Of a stretch of 64,000 nucleotides of DNA, positions 41,944 through 55,356 are shown in pieces (position 1 is the first letter of the stretch; each line of letters opens with the position of its first letter). The notes under the pieces are model-generated. The model saw only the letters and a program-made list of their open reading frames with translations. It searched no databases and had not been told where the DNA came from. The position numbers were made by a program, and so were the translations under genes. The stretch comes from Octopus vulgaris (lineage: Eukaryota). The stretch lies in the NCBI GenBank assembly GCA_951406725.2, contig OX597819.1, positions 66,774,001-66,838,000 of the forward strand, written 5' to 3'.

Positions 41944-43016
41944 ATAGTAGAGTAGGCCAGTTTATGGGGTTACCCCGCGTTTCTCGCTCATAAGGCGTTT
42001 AGGTTTATGGTGTATCTTCAGACCTCAAACACTGCTCTCTTGAGAATTCTTCAAAATAGGGAGGGACAAAAGCCTCGTTTTTAACTGTAAAACCCTAGGT
42101 GATTATCTCACTTTGCTATTGTCCATGGATCGTCGGCTGCGGTCACCAAAGCGCCTCGAATGTAAACGATTGTCTCCATTCAGCTTTGGCTATTGGTTTC
42201 CGGCTGTGGTGCCGCCATGCGGATTCTAAAATGCCCGGCATGGTCCGAAAAATCTCCATGCTGGCGTTCATGATGCCCCCTGGCACAAGCTAGTGTTTAA
42301 GAATCTCCGTGCGTTCGGCAATGTATAAGTTGCACCGCTTCGTCCCGTTCAAGTAGGGGCCTGGGTTCTCGAGTATTTTCCATGCGATCGACTATGGAAT
42401 CTCATTGTCTCCTAATTACCAGACATGGCTGGCCAGTGATATCCTGCATCTCCTTTCTCCGACTCTGAAGAGGACAGAGGATTAGAAATACACTGTTTGA
42501 GAAAGCTCCTAGTGCACCCCATGTACTTCTATAGGGGCATGATGTCGTTGCACCTGTTGCTGCTGTCATTGCGTCTGTTGTAGGTGCTGCTGTTATTAGT
42601 GCTGTTGTTGCTGCTGTTGCAGCTGGCGTTACCAATGGCGTTACCATGTCACCTATGGTGTTGTCGCTGCTGGAGTCGGGGTTGCTGCTGCCACCGGTGT
42701 TGCTGTTGTTGTTTATGGAGTTGGGGCTGCTGGTGCTGGTGATGGTGGACGATGTGGAGGTGGGGACGGTAGTGCTATCGCCACTGACAGTTCTGCTGCT
42801 ATTGTCGTTATAGCCAGCGATGCGGCCGAAAATCGATGGACGAAGGCAAAGAGAGATAATCACTTAGGGTTTTACCTTCAAAAACTAGACTTCCCCCTTC
42901 CACATTTCAAAGAGTTTTCAGCCAGTTGTGTTTGCGATTTGAAAATACACCGTAAGGTTAAACCCCCTATGAGCTCGAAATTAAGTAGAACCCCATACAC
43001 CGGCCTACACCACAAT
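41944..43016 (-). mobile_element. Old PLE remnant: GIY-YIG fragment between ~190-bp diverged inverted repeats
   Basis: Arms about 41952-42140 and 42815-43008. Minus strand 42230-42535 reads KYMGCT..FLKQ.ISN.LSS...SLASHVW.L...I..SIAWKILE...PYLNGTKRCNL..AE..EIL. HHR-like motif at 41966-42026(-). Confidence 0.7.
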
Positions 43017-44260
43017 GCATATACACACACACACAGAAAGCGAGAGAGCGTGAATTATATAGGTATATACAAATTTATGTGTTGGGATGCTATTGTTTAT
43101 ATGTGTGTGTTTTGTGCTTGTTTCTCTTCACCATCTGAAAACTGGCATCGGTTCATTTATGTCGACAGATCCTAGTGATCCTACAAAAAGTAAAAGATAT
43201 AGCAAGTAACAGATATAACAGTGGGGATCGATTTATTCAGCTAAACCTTCCCATACAGTGCTCCAGCATGGCCGCAATCGAATTACTGAAAAAAATACAT
43301 GGTCTGCTTTGGCGACCAGGTATTAATTTAGTGTTTCACCTACTGAACTACATTTTTTTAAAAATTTACAGGATCGTTATATGCCTCGTATTTTCCTTGT
43401 GACCTTATGAGGAAGTATTCTCAAAACGAATATTCCGAGCAACGTTACTTTCTCTAAAGTCTCATTTGGCAATCTATTCTTTCACTTTATTATTTGATTC
43501 TTATCATTTCAGCAGCAACCAATTTTGCGTCTTTCCTTTCTCATTGGGATTATATTTTGCCTTAGGTTAAATATATCAGCTGACGTTAGTGTGTCTCTGT
43601 TATCTTGTTTAAGGACTCTTTTTTTATAATATTTATAATATATATTCTCACTGTTTACATTTTTCTATCTTAATATTCTTACGCATTTTATTACTTTTTA
43701 AAAAATCAGTCCTATTAATATTATGTTTATTAATTCTTTCTCAACTGATATTAATTCTTAACCACTCATTTTTTCCTTGTTTACTCCTATCGTTCTTGTC
43801 AATTTAGAAGCTCTATATCGAGTGAATACGCTGACACAGATTCTTATAGCCGACCTTTCTTCCTGTCATTCTACTTTCATTTTTCATCTTTATTTACTTC
43901 ATTCTTCTCTTATCCTGTCTTTATTCTTCCTTCTCCACATTCATTTATTCATCTCTTCCTATGTAATACTAATTATACTAATTGCAAACTTGTCTTCCCT
44001 ACCATTTTTTTTTTACATTATTTTCAAAGAAACCACCATTTCATCATTTATATTTTACTCGTCTGTAACTCAGGAACACCGTTTTGTACTCATTCTATCG
44101 ATATTTTGTTGATCTGCAAAGGGAGACGTAAGCAAACCACCTCCGAATGTCAAGGTGCGGATGGTCAATAACATGCAAAGTCATGCTCAAATATACATAT
44201 TTACATACGTGCATACATATATACATACATAAGTGCATACACACACACACAGACACACAC

Positions 44261-44305
<45 letters not shown>

Positions 44306-44884
44306 GCTTCCATGCAGCTTTTATCTCCCAAATTTACTCAAACGGTTCCTCAACGTGCAGCACAACGGTACTGAACCCCTCAACGCGTAGTTACGAAGCA
44401 AACACCTTATCAACGCACATGTATACTTTATTTTGCTGTACATGATAAGTTTGCTTCCTAAATTATTGGTTCTTTGTTGTGCATGTCAAATAATATGATA
44501 AACTCTTTTATCATCCAGTCAGTGATTCGAAACACGTTGGTCAAATGTCAGGAAAAGAATTAGTAAATTTATACATACAGACACTCACTGCAATCAACCA
44601 TTTATAATTCCTGCATATATAAATATAAAAGTATGTTTTGCTGTTATGGAATGGGTGGATATGATAAACACCACGCTCACCTGTGTAAGATAAATACCAC
44701 GTTTATGAATATCTAGCTAGTAGTTCAGTCAATAATCGTTTAATTATATATTCCCACCCCACACAAAGGACATAAATGTAAATGCAGTTATCGATTATCA
44801 TAATTGTTACTTAACATAACTACTACATTTTTAAAAACTTCGTTCACAAATATAATGATACATATATATATATATTTATATATA

Positions 44885-45627
44885 AATTTAAATTTAAAAT
44901 GAGGGTGTGAAATTAGATATTAATTTAACATTGATTTCACACCAGTGCTCTAGCATATGATAAAACTGAAGGTTCAGTAAAATTGTATTATATACATATT
45001 AGAGTGAAACCATTCTGTCGACACCCTTATGCTAGAAATAGATCCACTATGGTCTTACCACTAAGAAATGTTCTCAAGAAAAATTTAGCAAAACAACCAA
45101 AACGTAATCGAGCAAGACAAAAGAAAAAGCAATAAAAATATGGATTATTCACATACATCTTTCACTATTAACATATTACGTAATTTTACTTACGTAAATG
45201 TCCGTAGATCGTCAGTGTGACCGTTCAAATGAATATAATTTGCAGGACTGCATACTAGAACGTCCGCACAAAGTCACACTTGTAAACAGTTCTACCCATT
45301 ACACCCGTGGTTACTATTTCAAATGTCCTCGTTTTGGCGCGCTAAATTACCGGAAAAATGATGCTGCAGAAAAAGCTTTACTGCATTGGCCTTTGCCGGT
45401 TATAAAACGTATTAATTTCAATTTCAATTTAAATTTAAATTGAAGATTAGAAATTCGATATTAATTTAATTAAACATCGATTTTACACCAGAGGTCTAGC
45501 ATATAAAAAAAACTGAGGTTTCAGGTTGTTTGGCTAATTTTTTCTTGAGAGCATTTCTTAGTGATAAGAAGATAGCGGATCTATTTCTAGCATAAGGGTG
45601 TCCACATACTGGTTTCCTTCTAATATG

Positions 45628-45630
<3 letters not shown>
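44885..45630. repeat. Rearranged duplication: segment A direct (44885-44977 / 45427-45524), segment B inverted (44990-45098 / 45525-45630)
   Basis: ACACCAG..GTCTAGCATAT...AAACTGA is repeated directly. ACACCCTTATGCTAGAAATAGATCC is repeated inverted. Confidence 0.75.
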
Positions 45631-45703
<73 letters not shown>

Positions 45704-45799
45704 CAGATACATACGTACATATATACATACACATATATACATACACACACACACACGCACATATATATATATATATCACCGCACATATATATATATATA

Positions 45800-46099
45800 T
45801 CACCGTGACCGACCAGGCTATCAGATGTTGCTACGCAACGCTGGTCACAATGCGCTTTGCATTGTTTTAGCCTTCAAATGACGCCACCCCGCTGGCTAAA
45901 CGAGCAGGCCGACAGAAGAAATAGTGAGAGAAAGTTGTGGCGAAAGAGTACAGCAGGGATCGCCACCTACTCCTGCCGGAGCCTCGTGGAGCTTTAGGTG
46001 TTTTCGCTCAATAAACACTCACAATGCCTGGTCTGGGAATCGAAACCGCGATCCTACGACAGCGAGTCCGCTGCCCTAACACTCGGCCATTGCGCCTCC

Positions 46100-46100
<1 letters not shown>
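45800..46100 (-). mobile_element. tRNA-derived SINE (family D), full length
   Basis: Minus strand GGAGGCGCAATGGCCGAGTGTTAGGGCAGCGGACTCG...GGTTTCGATTCCC head, about 300 bp, lying between (TA)n tracts. Confidence 0.75.
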
Positions 46101-46155
<55 letters not shown>

Positions 46156-46592
46156 ATATATATATTTATATATATATGTATATGTATATGTATGTATTTA
46201 TGTATGTATGTATGAAATATTCGCTTCTAACAGAATATTAAAATTCCAGCTTAAGTGTCAATTGAGCAATAACGTCCGTGTGATAACGTGATTATATCAG
46301 GGAAACCTTTAACGTTAGATCTTCTTGGGTTTATCTGCCTAATATTTCCCTATCTTAGGAATATTTTAGAGATGCTTATGTAATGTTATCTAGCGTATGT
46401 AAATGAAAATATAGACGTACACGTACACACACACACATGCACATACGTAGAAATCACACACACGTATATATATATATATATATATTAAGAACAAACTTAC
46501 TTAGAAATGGATGCGCGCGTTCCGTCATATAATTACAAATTAATAAATAAAGCATATGCATATATACATACATATATGTACGTACCTACATC

Positions 46593-46662
<70 letters not shown>

Positions 46663-47233
46663 TTTGAACTGGAAGCGTGTGTATTTTTTTATGTGTATGT
46701 ATATATTTATATATAACAGAACATAAAACTTTCCTGGCAGTTTTCCATTGATTTCTTCATAATAGCTCTTATATTGATAGCCTGTGCTTATAAATATCCA
46801 ATGTCGCGTTAATCAATGTGTAATATTTTAATTGCATAATATTAAACGAAACACAGAGAGAAGTAAACTGTTCGCCTATATTTCCAGTAAGCTGCAAACG
46901 AATTTTTCAATGAATGCATATAGAAAGGTGTCAGATATTTCACGATTCTACATTTAGCTAATATCATAAGGTAAATGTGAAAATATATGAAGGTGATAGA
47001 TATTTCTTTTCATAATATGTTTTTCTTTGTTTTGTTTTGTTTTTTCAAATTTAGAATATCTTCCCGCACTTATCCGGTGTTTATCAGTGCAATCTTGTAT
47101 AACGGTATTTGAATGTGTTCACATACACAGAAAAGGAAAACAAATACATGTGCCAAAATACACACGTCATATACACTATCTACCTATCTATGTGTCTGCC
47201 TTTGTACATATATATATATTGATTTATATATAT

Positions 47234-47284
<51 letters not shown>

Positions 47285-47394
47285 TAGGTAGACAAGTATG
47301 TATATATATATGAATATATATACATACTTATTGTATATAGATATATATGTACATATACTAATTCACACACAGACAGACACACATATATATTTTT

Positions 47395-47605
47395 CTTATT
47401 GCTCACAGGGGACAAACAAGCACAGACAAAGGAATTAAGTCGATTATATCGACCGCAGTGCGTAACTGGTACTTATTTAATCGACCCCCCGACAGGATGA
47501 AAGGCAAAATTGACCTCGGTGTAATTTGAAGTCAGAACGTAACGGCAGATGAAATACAGCTAAGATATTCGTCCGGCGTGGTAACGATTCTGCCAACTCG
47601 CCTCC
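47395..47605 (-). mobile_element. SINE family C copy
   Basis: Homologous to revcomp of 62701-62918. Confidence 0.75.
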
Positions 47606-47681
47606 ATATATGTAAATAAGCATGTACATATTTACATGACCATTTGTGTCTATGCGCTTGTATATATATATATATATATAT

Positions 47682-48334
47682 ATACTACAAAATTAGAGAA
47701 TGGAGAAACATACTTAAATCAGTAAAACATCAACTATCCGATGATACTCAATCCATACTTTAATACACCATTACATATGAGTAAAGGCAATATATAAAAT
47801 GAAATGAGATATACAGTAATAGTAAAAGTAAAAAGATAAAGAGATATAAGTAAAAAATTTCAAATATAATATGCAAATAAATCAAAACTGACAGCTGTTT
47901 CGGCAGTGAGGACAGTCATACCTCATTTAACCTATAAGCCATAAAGGCAGGTATAAATGAGGCATTAACAAGGATGCCCCACGGCCTCTTCAGAGAATTA
48001 AATTAAATTTGTTATAATAGTGAAAAATATTATATAATCATATACATATAAATATAAAAATATAAAAATGTAAAATATAAAAACTTATACATCATAATGC
48101 TACACTTATATAATATAATACACATTTGTACAAAAAGGAAGGTAAACAGAACAATATAAAACAAAATATATAACAGTGTATATATTAATATTAATAAGTA
48201 CCGATATTATACATATTTGGCTAATAGTTTTTTTTATAAAAAAAGGGCTAACACATATGGAGATGAAAAATAATAATTAAATCCGTGGTACAGTTCATAA
48301 AATTCTAAAGCTATAAAAGTTAATAAAAATTACT

Positions 48335-48378
<44 letters not shown>

Positions 48379-51300
48379 TAATAATAATAAAAAAATACTA
48401 AAAATAGATACAGTTAAGTTAGCACCAAGTCCATCCTTTCAAGATCGAAATAACTATGAGTTAAGAAATGCTGACCACTAGGTAAAGAAAATTTAGATTA
48501 ATTCGATTGGCTATTGGTTTGAAATTTAAATCACAAAAGAAAATTATACGGTTGGTTAGTCAAGGAACGCCAATATTCACACACGCATCTACAGATCAAT
48601 CGCACATACACACATAGTTATATGTATATACATACACTTATACACATACATATTAACAAGCAACAACTAGCACTTAGATAAACAAAAAAGGGAAGCAACT
48701 ATGCTAACATTTAGTCCTTCAAAATTATAACTGAGCCTTAATAACAAAAAAAGAACCATCCATGCATTCTATAAAATATTTAATTTAGATATAAATATAT
48801 TTTTAAATATCAGTATGTTACTAATTCAGATAATTATTTCATGGGTAACTTAAAATTTATAACACCGGTTTGTTACAGAGTAAACATACGGTTGTTAGGT
48901 TTATCGTAAGTTTGTTATGATTTTAAGTACGCTAAATTATAAAATATAAAATATAAAATATATATTAATTTAAATATTATAAATAAGTCACTTATTAACT
49001 TAATAAATATAGTGCCATAATATACCAGTTTAGGCATTAAAGAATAGAAGGGGAAGTATTAATGTAAACGCTTATGAGAACATCACAGAAATTTTAAATA
49101 AATTTTATATTATAAAGACTTAAGATGAAAAGAGATAAAATAAATAAGAAGGAATAAATACGAAGGAATAAATACGGTTGTACACATAATTATAAGCACA
49201 AACTAGTATATATGTATTCATATATTATTAAAATTAAATACAAATAAATGATAGATATGTATGTATAAAACTACACCAGTATAAGTAAACAAGTAAAAAA
49301 TAAATAGGTAACAAATTAGATGACTTGATATGTATGTAAACATCTACACTTAAATAGGCAAATAAATAAATGAATAGAAGACTAGATGCAAAGATTGATA
49401 ATATTACAATAAAATGGGAAATAAATAAAAATAAATAAAGTGAATATATATTTTTTATATATATTTTATATTGTTGAAAGTAAAAATGTATGGAAGGATA
49501 GTTTAAAGTACAGATCCAGAGGACTATAGATATAAACTAAATATATGAGGCTGGTAATAATTATAAAGCAAAATGCATGTAAATGAGAAAATGAAAAAAA
49601 GAAAAATGAAAAAGGTTTATCAGTGAATAGCATAAGATACAAATTAAGGTGAGTACAAAAAGACCAAATATATAATAAAAACCTTCCAAATAAACACATA
49701 CAAAAAACCTATAATCTCAACCTAAACCCACCAAACTCATAAAAGGCTCTCATATATTACATATTATACAATATCATTACATTATCTAGAGCTAGGTATC
49801 TAATCAAGATATACATATATACTATGCAATATACTATGCAATATTGGAAAACTTCAAAAATCACACATTACAAGGCAAATACCAAAATGAATATGCTATT
49901 TTATGTCATATTGCATTTCACTTAAAAAAAACAAACAAAAACCCACATACAAAAATCAAGGAACCAAAAATACTAGACACATCCATTAATTATTATACAA
50001 ATGTAGCTATAAAACTTATAAAATTATGAAATTTATAAATTGTATACTTTAGAATTATAGAGGACCACAGGTATATTTAGTTAAAGAAGGGAATTAAAAA
50101 ATTAATAATAGTGGAATAGCTCTAGATAATGTAATGATATTGTATAATATGTAATATATGAGAGCCTTTTATGAGTTTGGTGGGTTTAGGTTGAGATTAT
50201 AGGTTTTTTGTATGTGTTTATTTGGAAGGTTTTTATTATATATTTGGTCTTTTTGTACTCACCTTAATTTGTATCTTATGCTATTCACTGATAAACCTTT
50301 TTCATTTTTCTTTTTTTCATTTTCTCATTTACATGCATTTTGCTTTATAATTATTACCAGCCTCATATATTTAGTTTATATCTATAGTCCTCTGGATCTG
50401 TACTTTAAACTATCCTTCCATACATTTTTACTTTCAACAATATAAAATATATATAAAAAATATATATTCACTTTATTTATTTTTATTTATTTCCCATTTT
50501 ATTGTAATATTATCAATCTTTGCATCTAGTCTTCTATTCATTTATTTATTTGCCTATTTAAGTGTAGATGTTTACATACATATCAAGTCATCTAATTTGT
50601 TACCTATTTATTTTTTACTTGTTTACTTATACTGGTGTAGTTTTATACATACATATCTATCATTTATTTGTATTTAATTTTAATAATATATGAATACATA
50701 TATACTAGTTTGTGCTTATAATTATGTGTACAACCGTATTTATTCCTTCGTATTTATTCCTTCTTATTTATTTTATCTCTTTTCATCTTAAGTCTTTATA
50801 ATATAAAATTTATTTAAAATTTCTGTGATGTTCTCATAAGCGTTTACATTAATACTTCCCCTTCTATTCTTTAATGCCTAAACTGGTATATTATGGCACT
50901 ATATTTATTAAGTTAATAAGTGACTTATTTATAATATTTAAATTAATATATATTTTATATTTTATATTTTATAATTTAGCGTACTTAAAATCATAACAAA
51001 CTTACGATAAACCTAACAACCGTATGTTTACTCTGTAACAAACCGGTGTTATAAATTTTAAGTTACCCATGAAATAATTATCTGAATTAGTAACATACTG
51101 ATATTTAAAAATATATTTATATCTAAATTAAATATTTTATAGAATGCATGGATGGTTCTTTTTTTGTTATTAAGGCTCAGTTATAATTTTGAAGGACTAA
51201 ATGTTAGCATAGTTGCTTCCCTTTTTTGTTTATCTAAGTGCTAGTTGTTGCTTGTTAATATGTATGTGTATAAGTGTATGTATATACATATAACTATGTG

Positions 51301-51532
51301 TGTATGTGCGATTGATCTGTAGATGCGTGTGTGAATATTGGCGTTCCTTGACTAACCAACCGTATAATTTTCTTTTGTGATTTAAATTTCAAACCAATAG
51401 CCAATCGAATTAATCTAAATTTTCTTTACCTAGTGGTCAGCATTTCTTAACTCATAGTTATTTCGATCTTGAAAGGATGGACTTGGTGCTAACTTAACTG
51501 TATCTATTTTTAGTATTTTTTTATTATTATTA

Positions 51533-51576
<44 letters not shown>

Positions 51577-52229
51577 AGTAATTTTTATTAACTTTTATAG
51601 CTTTAGAATTTTATGAACTGTACCACGGATTTAATTATTATTTTTCATCTCCATATGTGTTAGCCCTTTTTTTATAAAAAAAACTATTAGCCAAATATGT
51701 ATAATATCGGTACTTATTAATATTAATATATACACTGTTATATATTTTGTTTTATATTGTTCTGTTTACCTTCCTTTTTGTACAAATGTGTATTATATTA
51801 TATAAGTGTAGCATTATGATGTATAAGTTTTTATATTTTACATTTTTATATTTTTATATTTATATGTATATGATTATATAATATTTTTCACTATTATAAC
51901 AAATTTAATTTAATTCTCTGAAGAGGCCGTGGGGCATCCTTGTTAATGCCTCATTTATACCTGCCTTTATGGCTTATAGGTTAAATGAGGTATGACTGTC
52001 CTCACTGCCGAAACAGCTGTCAGTTTTGATTTATTTGCATATTATATTTGAAATTTTTTACTTATATCTCTTTATCTTTTTACTTTTACTATTACTGTAT
52101 ATCTCATTTCATTTTATATATTGCCTTTACTCATATGTAATGGTGTATTAAAGTATGGATTGAGTATCATCGGATAGTTGATGTTTTACTGATTTAAGTA
52201 TGTTTCTCCATTCTCTAATTTTGTAGTAT
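47682..52229. repeat. 2,113-bp inverted repeat with 322-bp spacer
   Basis: Arms 47682-49794 and 50117-52229. The coordinate sum 99911 is constant at both ends and at the identical 77-aa ORFs 49466-49699(-) and 50212-50445(+). Confidence 0.97.
51912..52027 (+). ncRNA. Type-I hammerhead with long stem II (mirror copy 47884-47999, minus strand)
   Basis: CT-CTGAAGA(51918)-GGC-C-GTGGGG...CCTCAC-T-GCC-GAAA(52010)-CAGCTG-TC-AG. Inner hairpin CCTCATTTA/TAAATGAGG. Confidence 0.75.
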
Positions 52230-52389
52230 TAATTTACGGTAATATTATTACCTTTACCCATTTAATACAATAGATGAACTGATTGCTTGACAATTTTTAA
52301 CATCTATGTATTATTTTTGTTGGGTACCTATCTAGCAGTATATTGGATATATATTATCCCATGGTGGGTTGAATTTTCAACCCCTATCT

Positions 52390-52448
<59 letters not shown>

Positions 52449-52451
<3 letters not shown>

Positions 52452-53385
52452 AATAGTAAAAAGTGAAAAAACTACAGAAGGCTTAAAGGTTTTAAAAATA
52501 TATATATTTGCGTCAATATGTCTGAAGAATATTAAAATTTTTTTTCCTTACAATGACATAGTTTAGAAGAAAGACCGGTTTCGAGTTTAGCTTTTCAAAT
52601 TTCTTGCGACGTTATGTTTATGTTGAATAGAGTTATCGTTATGTTTAAGTTTAAAAGAGTTCTAAATAAGGGGAGGTAATGAGTGATTTCTTCCGGTGTA
52701 AGGGAGATAATGGCTTAAATTTTTTTTCTTTTCCCTTGGTGGGAATTTCTCTGTATCAGTATGTTGGCATGGTTAAGTCTGGGCTTGTACTTTTCAATGA
52801 AGAATGTTTCCTTGTTTAGTCTAATTTGTGTTAATCATCCGATAGCACATTGGTAAAATGGAAAGATTAAAGATTATGGTAGTAGTTGCTTTGCGCATTT
52901 CTCAATGTGCTCACTAAAAGGTATCATTCTGTATTCTGGGAATGCAATCTGTTGTTAATGCAGTGTGCATCTGCGTCTGAGTGATAGTCCCGTGGATCCC
53001 ACGTAGTCTTGGTGGCAGCCCGAGCATTTTATGACATAAATTATGTTTTCAGAGGCACAAGTAAAGTTAGATTTGATCTTGAATTTCTGTCCCTCTTTAA
53101 AGAGGAATTCTGATCCTTCTAGCAGATTTCGACATGTTGCACAGTTCGATCTACCACATTTTTTTACTTTTGCATCCGTAATTTCAGAGAACAATTTTGC
53201 CTTTGTGAGAATCTTTTTAAGTGATTTAGGTTGTTTGTAGCTTTTAATGATTTGGTGTATGTTTAAAATTTCCTTTAATTTGGGGTCCTTGTGAAGTATT
53301 GGTAAATTCTGGGTGATGATGGTGAAGGCTTCTTTGTTTCTGGGGTTGTATGTTGATATGTAAGGTAGTATTTTCGGGGAAGGTG
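52449..53385 (-). mobile_element. PLE 3' fragment: thumb/linker + GIY-YIG endonuclease + 3' region with degenerate HHR
   Basis: LPYISTYNP, KQPKSLKKIL, KCGRSNCATC, FTCASENIIYVIKCSGCHQDYVGST..LRRR..LH, KETFFIEKYKPRLN. GAAACCGGTC at about 52575(-). Confidence 0.88.
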
Positions 53386-54691
53386 TGTTCCACCCGCTCT
53401 CTCCTTCACTCCCTTGACCACCAACTTCTCCAGGCTTACCTCCTTCTCTCCTCCCTGTGTCCTCCACTCTTCACCCAACCTATTCTCCGCTTCATTCTTA
53501 ATCTCAACCACCAACTTCACAATTTCCTCACACACACAAAAAACTCCACCACCTCCTCAACCCTTCACCTCCTTCCCCTCCCCATCCCCTACATCCTCTC
53601 CTCCAGCTCCCCCGACTCCCTTCTATCCCTCACCTACCACCCCGCCCCCTTCCCCTCCACAGACCCACACACACCCCACCCTGACCTTCCTACGCCTACC
53701 CCATCTTCACCCAACCAACCCAACTCTCCTCCCCACAGCTCTGCACCCCCTCTTCCTGACCCCACTCATCCCACCACCCCGCTTCCTCGCCCTGTTGTCA
53801 CTATACCCCCCAATCTCCCACTCTCCGCCGCCGAGCGCTCTCTCCTCAGTAAGGGACTCCCCTCACGCCCCACTGTGACGAATTCGAGACTCGGACCGAC
53901 GTCAACCAGTTCCTGCGCCGCCTCAAACTTTGCGCATTCTCCCACGCGTCCCCGCAGCATCACGACAAACAGGATTGCTTTTTGGAGCTGGAGCGCCGCT
54001 CATCCAACTGGACGCCGCCCCCAAGCCAATTCAGTAGCCAAGATTTGTTCGTGAACGACTACAACGCGTTGGTCAACCAGTTTAACTTTAAAAAAGAAGA
54101 CCTCTCCGAGACAACCTCACTCGGGCTGCATTGATTGCCCTTCGCCACCTCCGTCGCCGCAATGACATTTTCATCAAACCAGTGGACAAAGATGGAGCAG
54201 TGGTGGTGTGGCGCGCAGATCTATACAGGGAGGAAGCGCTCAGCCAGCTTCAAAATCCCCTCTTCTATCGCCTCCTCCCCTCCGATCCCACCTCTTCCTA
54301 CCAACAGCGAGTGTCCTCCACCATCCACGACCTCATCTCCTCCTCTGCTCCCCCCCCCAACGCCACCAACCTCATCGTCCGAACACCCCGCACCTCCACC
54401 ATCTATTTCCTTCCCAAAATTCATAAACCCAATAATCCTGGCCGCCCCATCGTTTCCGCCTGTAATTGCCCCACTGAAAACCTTTCCCTATACCTCGACC
54501 GCATCCTGTCCGCCTTAGTTACAGCCCTCCCATCCCACATACATGACACCAACCACGCCCTCCGTCTCTTCAATTCCTTTTCCTTCCCTTCCAGCCCCTC
54601 GCACCTCCTTTTCACCTTAGACATAAAATCCCTGTATACGGTAATTCCCCACAACGACGGTCTCTTAGCCCTCCAACACTTCTTCGACCGT
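53386..54691 (+). pseudogene. PLE reverse transcriptase N-terminal half (C-rich family), frameshifted and truncated
   Basis: LSAAERSLLSKGL, IKPVDKDGAVVVW, YFLPKIHK, GRPIVS, LDIKSLYTVIPH. Confidence 0.88.
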
Positions 54692-55135
54692 CTAGACTTC
54701 GATTCTTAACGCCTTGAGGCGAAATCAAAACCACGATCAACACCAGTCGGAAAATTTTCAGGTATCTTTTTGTAAACGAAAAAAATTCAATATTAAGTAC
54801 AACAGAAGCACCATCAGCATTGAATGATGATTTAATGGCTATAACATATGTGAAGTTGCGTGTATGCATTTATATATATATATATATGTACATACGTTTA
54901 TATGTATATATCTTTCACTTTTTTACTTGTTTCAGTCAGTTGACTGCGGCCATGCTAGAGCAACGCCTTCAGCCGAGCAAATCAGCCCCAGGACTCATTC
55001 TTTGGAAGCCTAGTACTTATTCTATCGCCTCTTTTTGCCGAACCGTAAGTTAGCAAAAGGTGCCACGCAGTGGGAATGAACTCAGAACTATGTGGTTGGT
55101 AAGCATGCTACTTACCACACAGTCACTCCTCCACC

Positions 55136-55242
<107 letters not shown>

Positions 55243-55306
55243 ATGTATATACATATATATATATGTATATATACATATACTTATATACATATACATATAT
55301 GCATAA

Positions 55307-55356
<50 letters not shown>

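Larger units (their letters stand above)
47682..52394 (+). mobile_element. Penelope-like insertion with inverted pLTR-type arm, forward arm + 165-bp tail, in (TA)n
   Basis: HHR near the end of the arm, a tail present only on the forward copy, and (TA)n at 47661-47683 and 52395-52448. Confidence 0.65.

Noticed and set aside
42402-42863. 153-aa Ser/Thr-rich ORF as a host mucin-like gene
   Set aside because: It is low complexity, starts inside an inverted-repeat arm, and overlaps a decayed PLE nuclease.
49466-50445. Identical 77-aa ORF pair as duplicated genes
   Set aside because: It is a by-product of the inverted repeat, with AT-rich non-coding composition.
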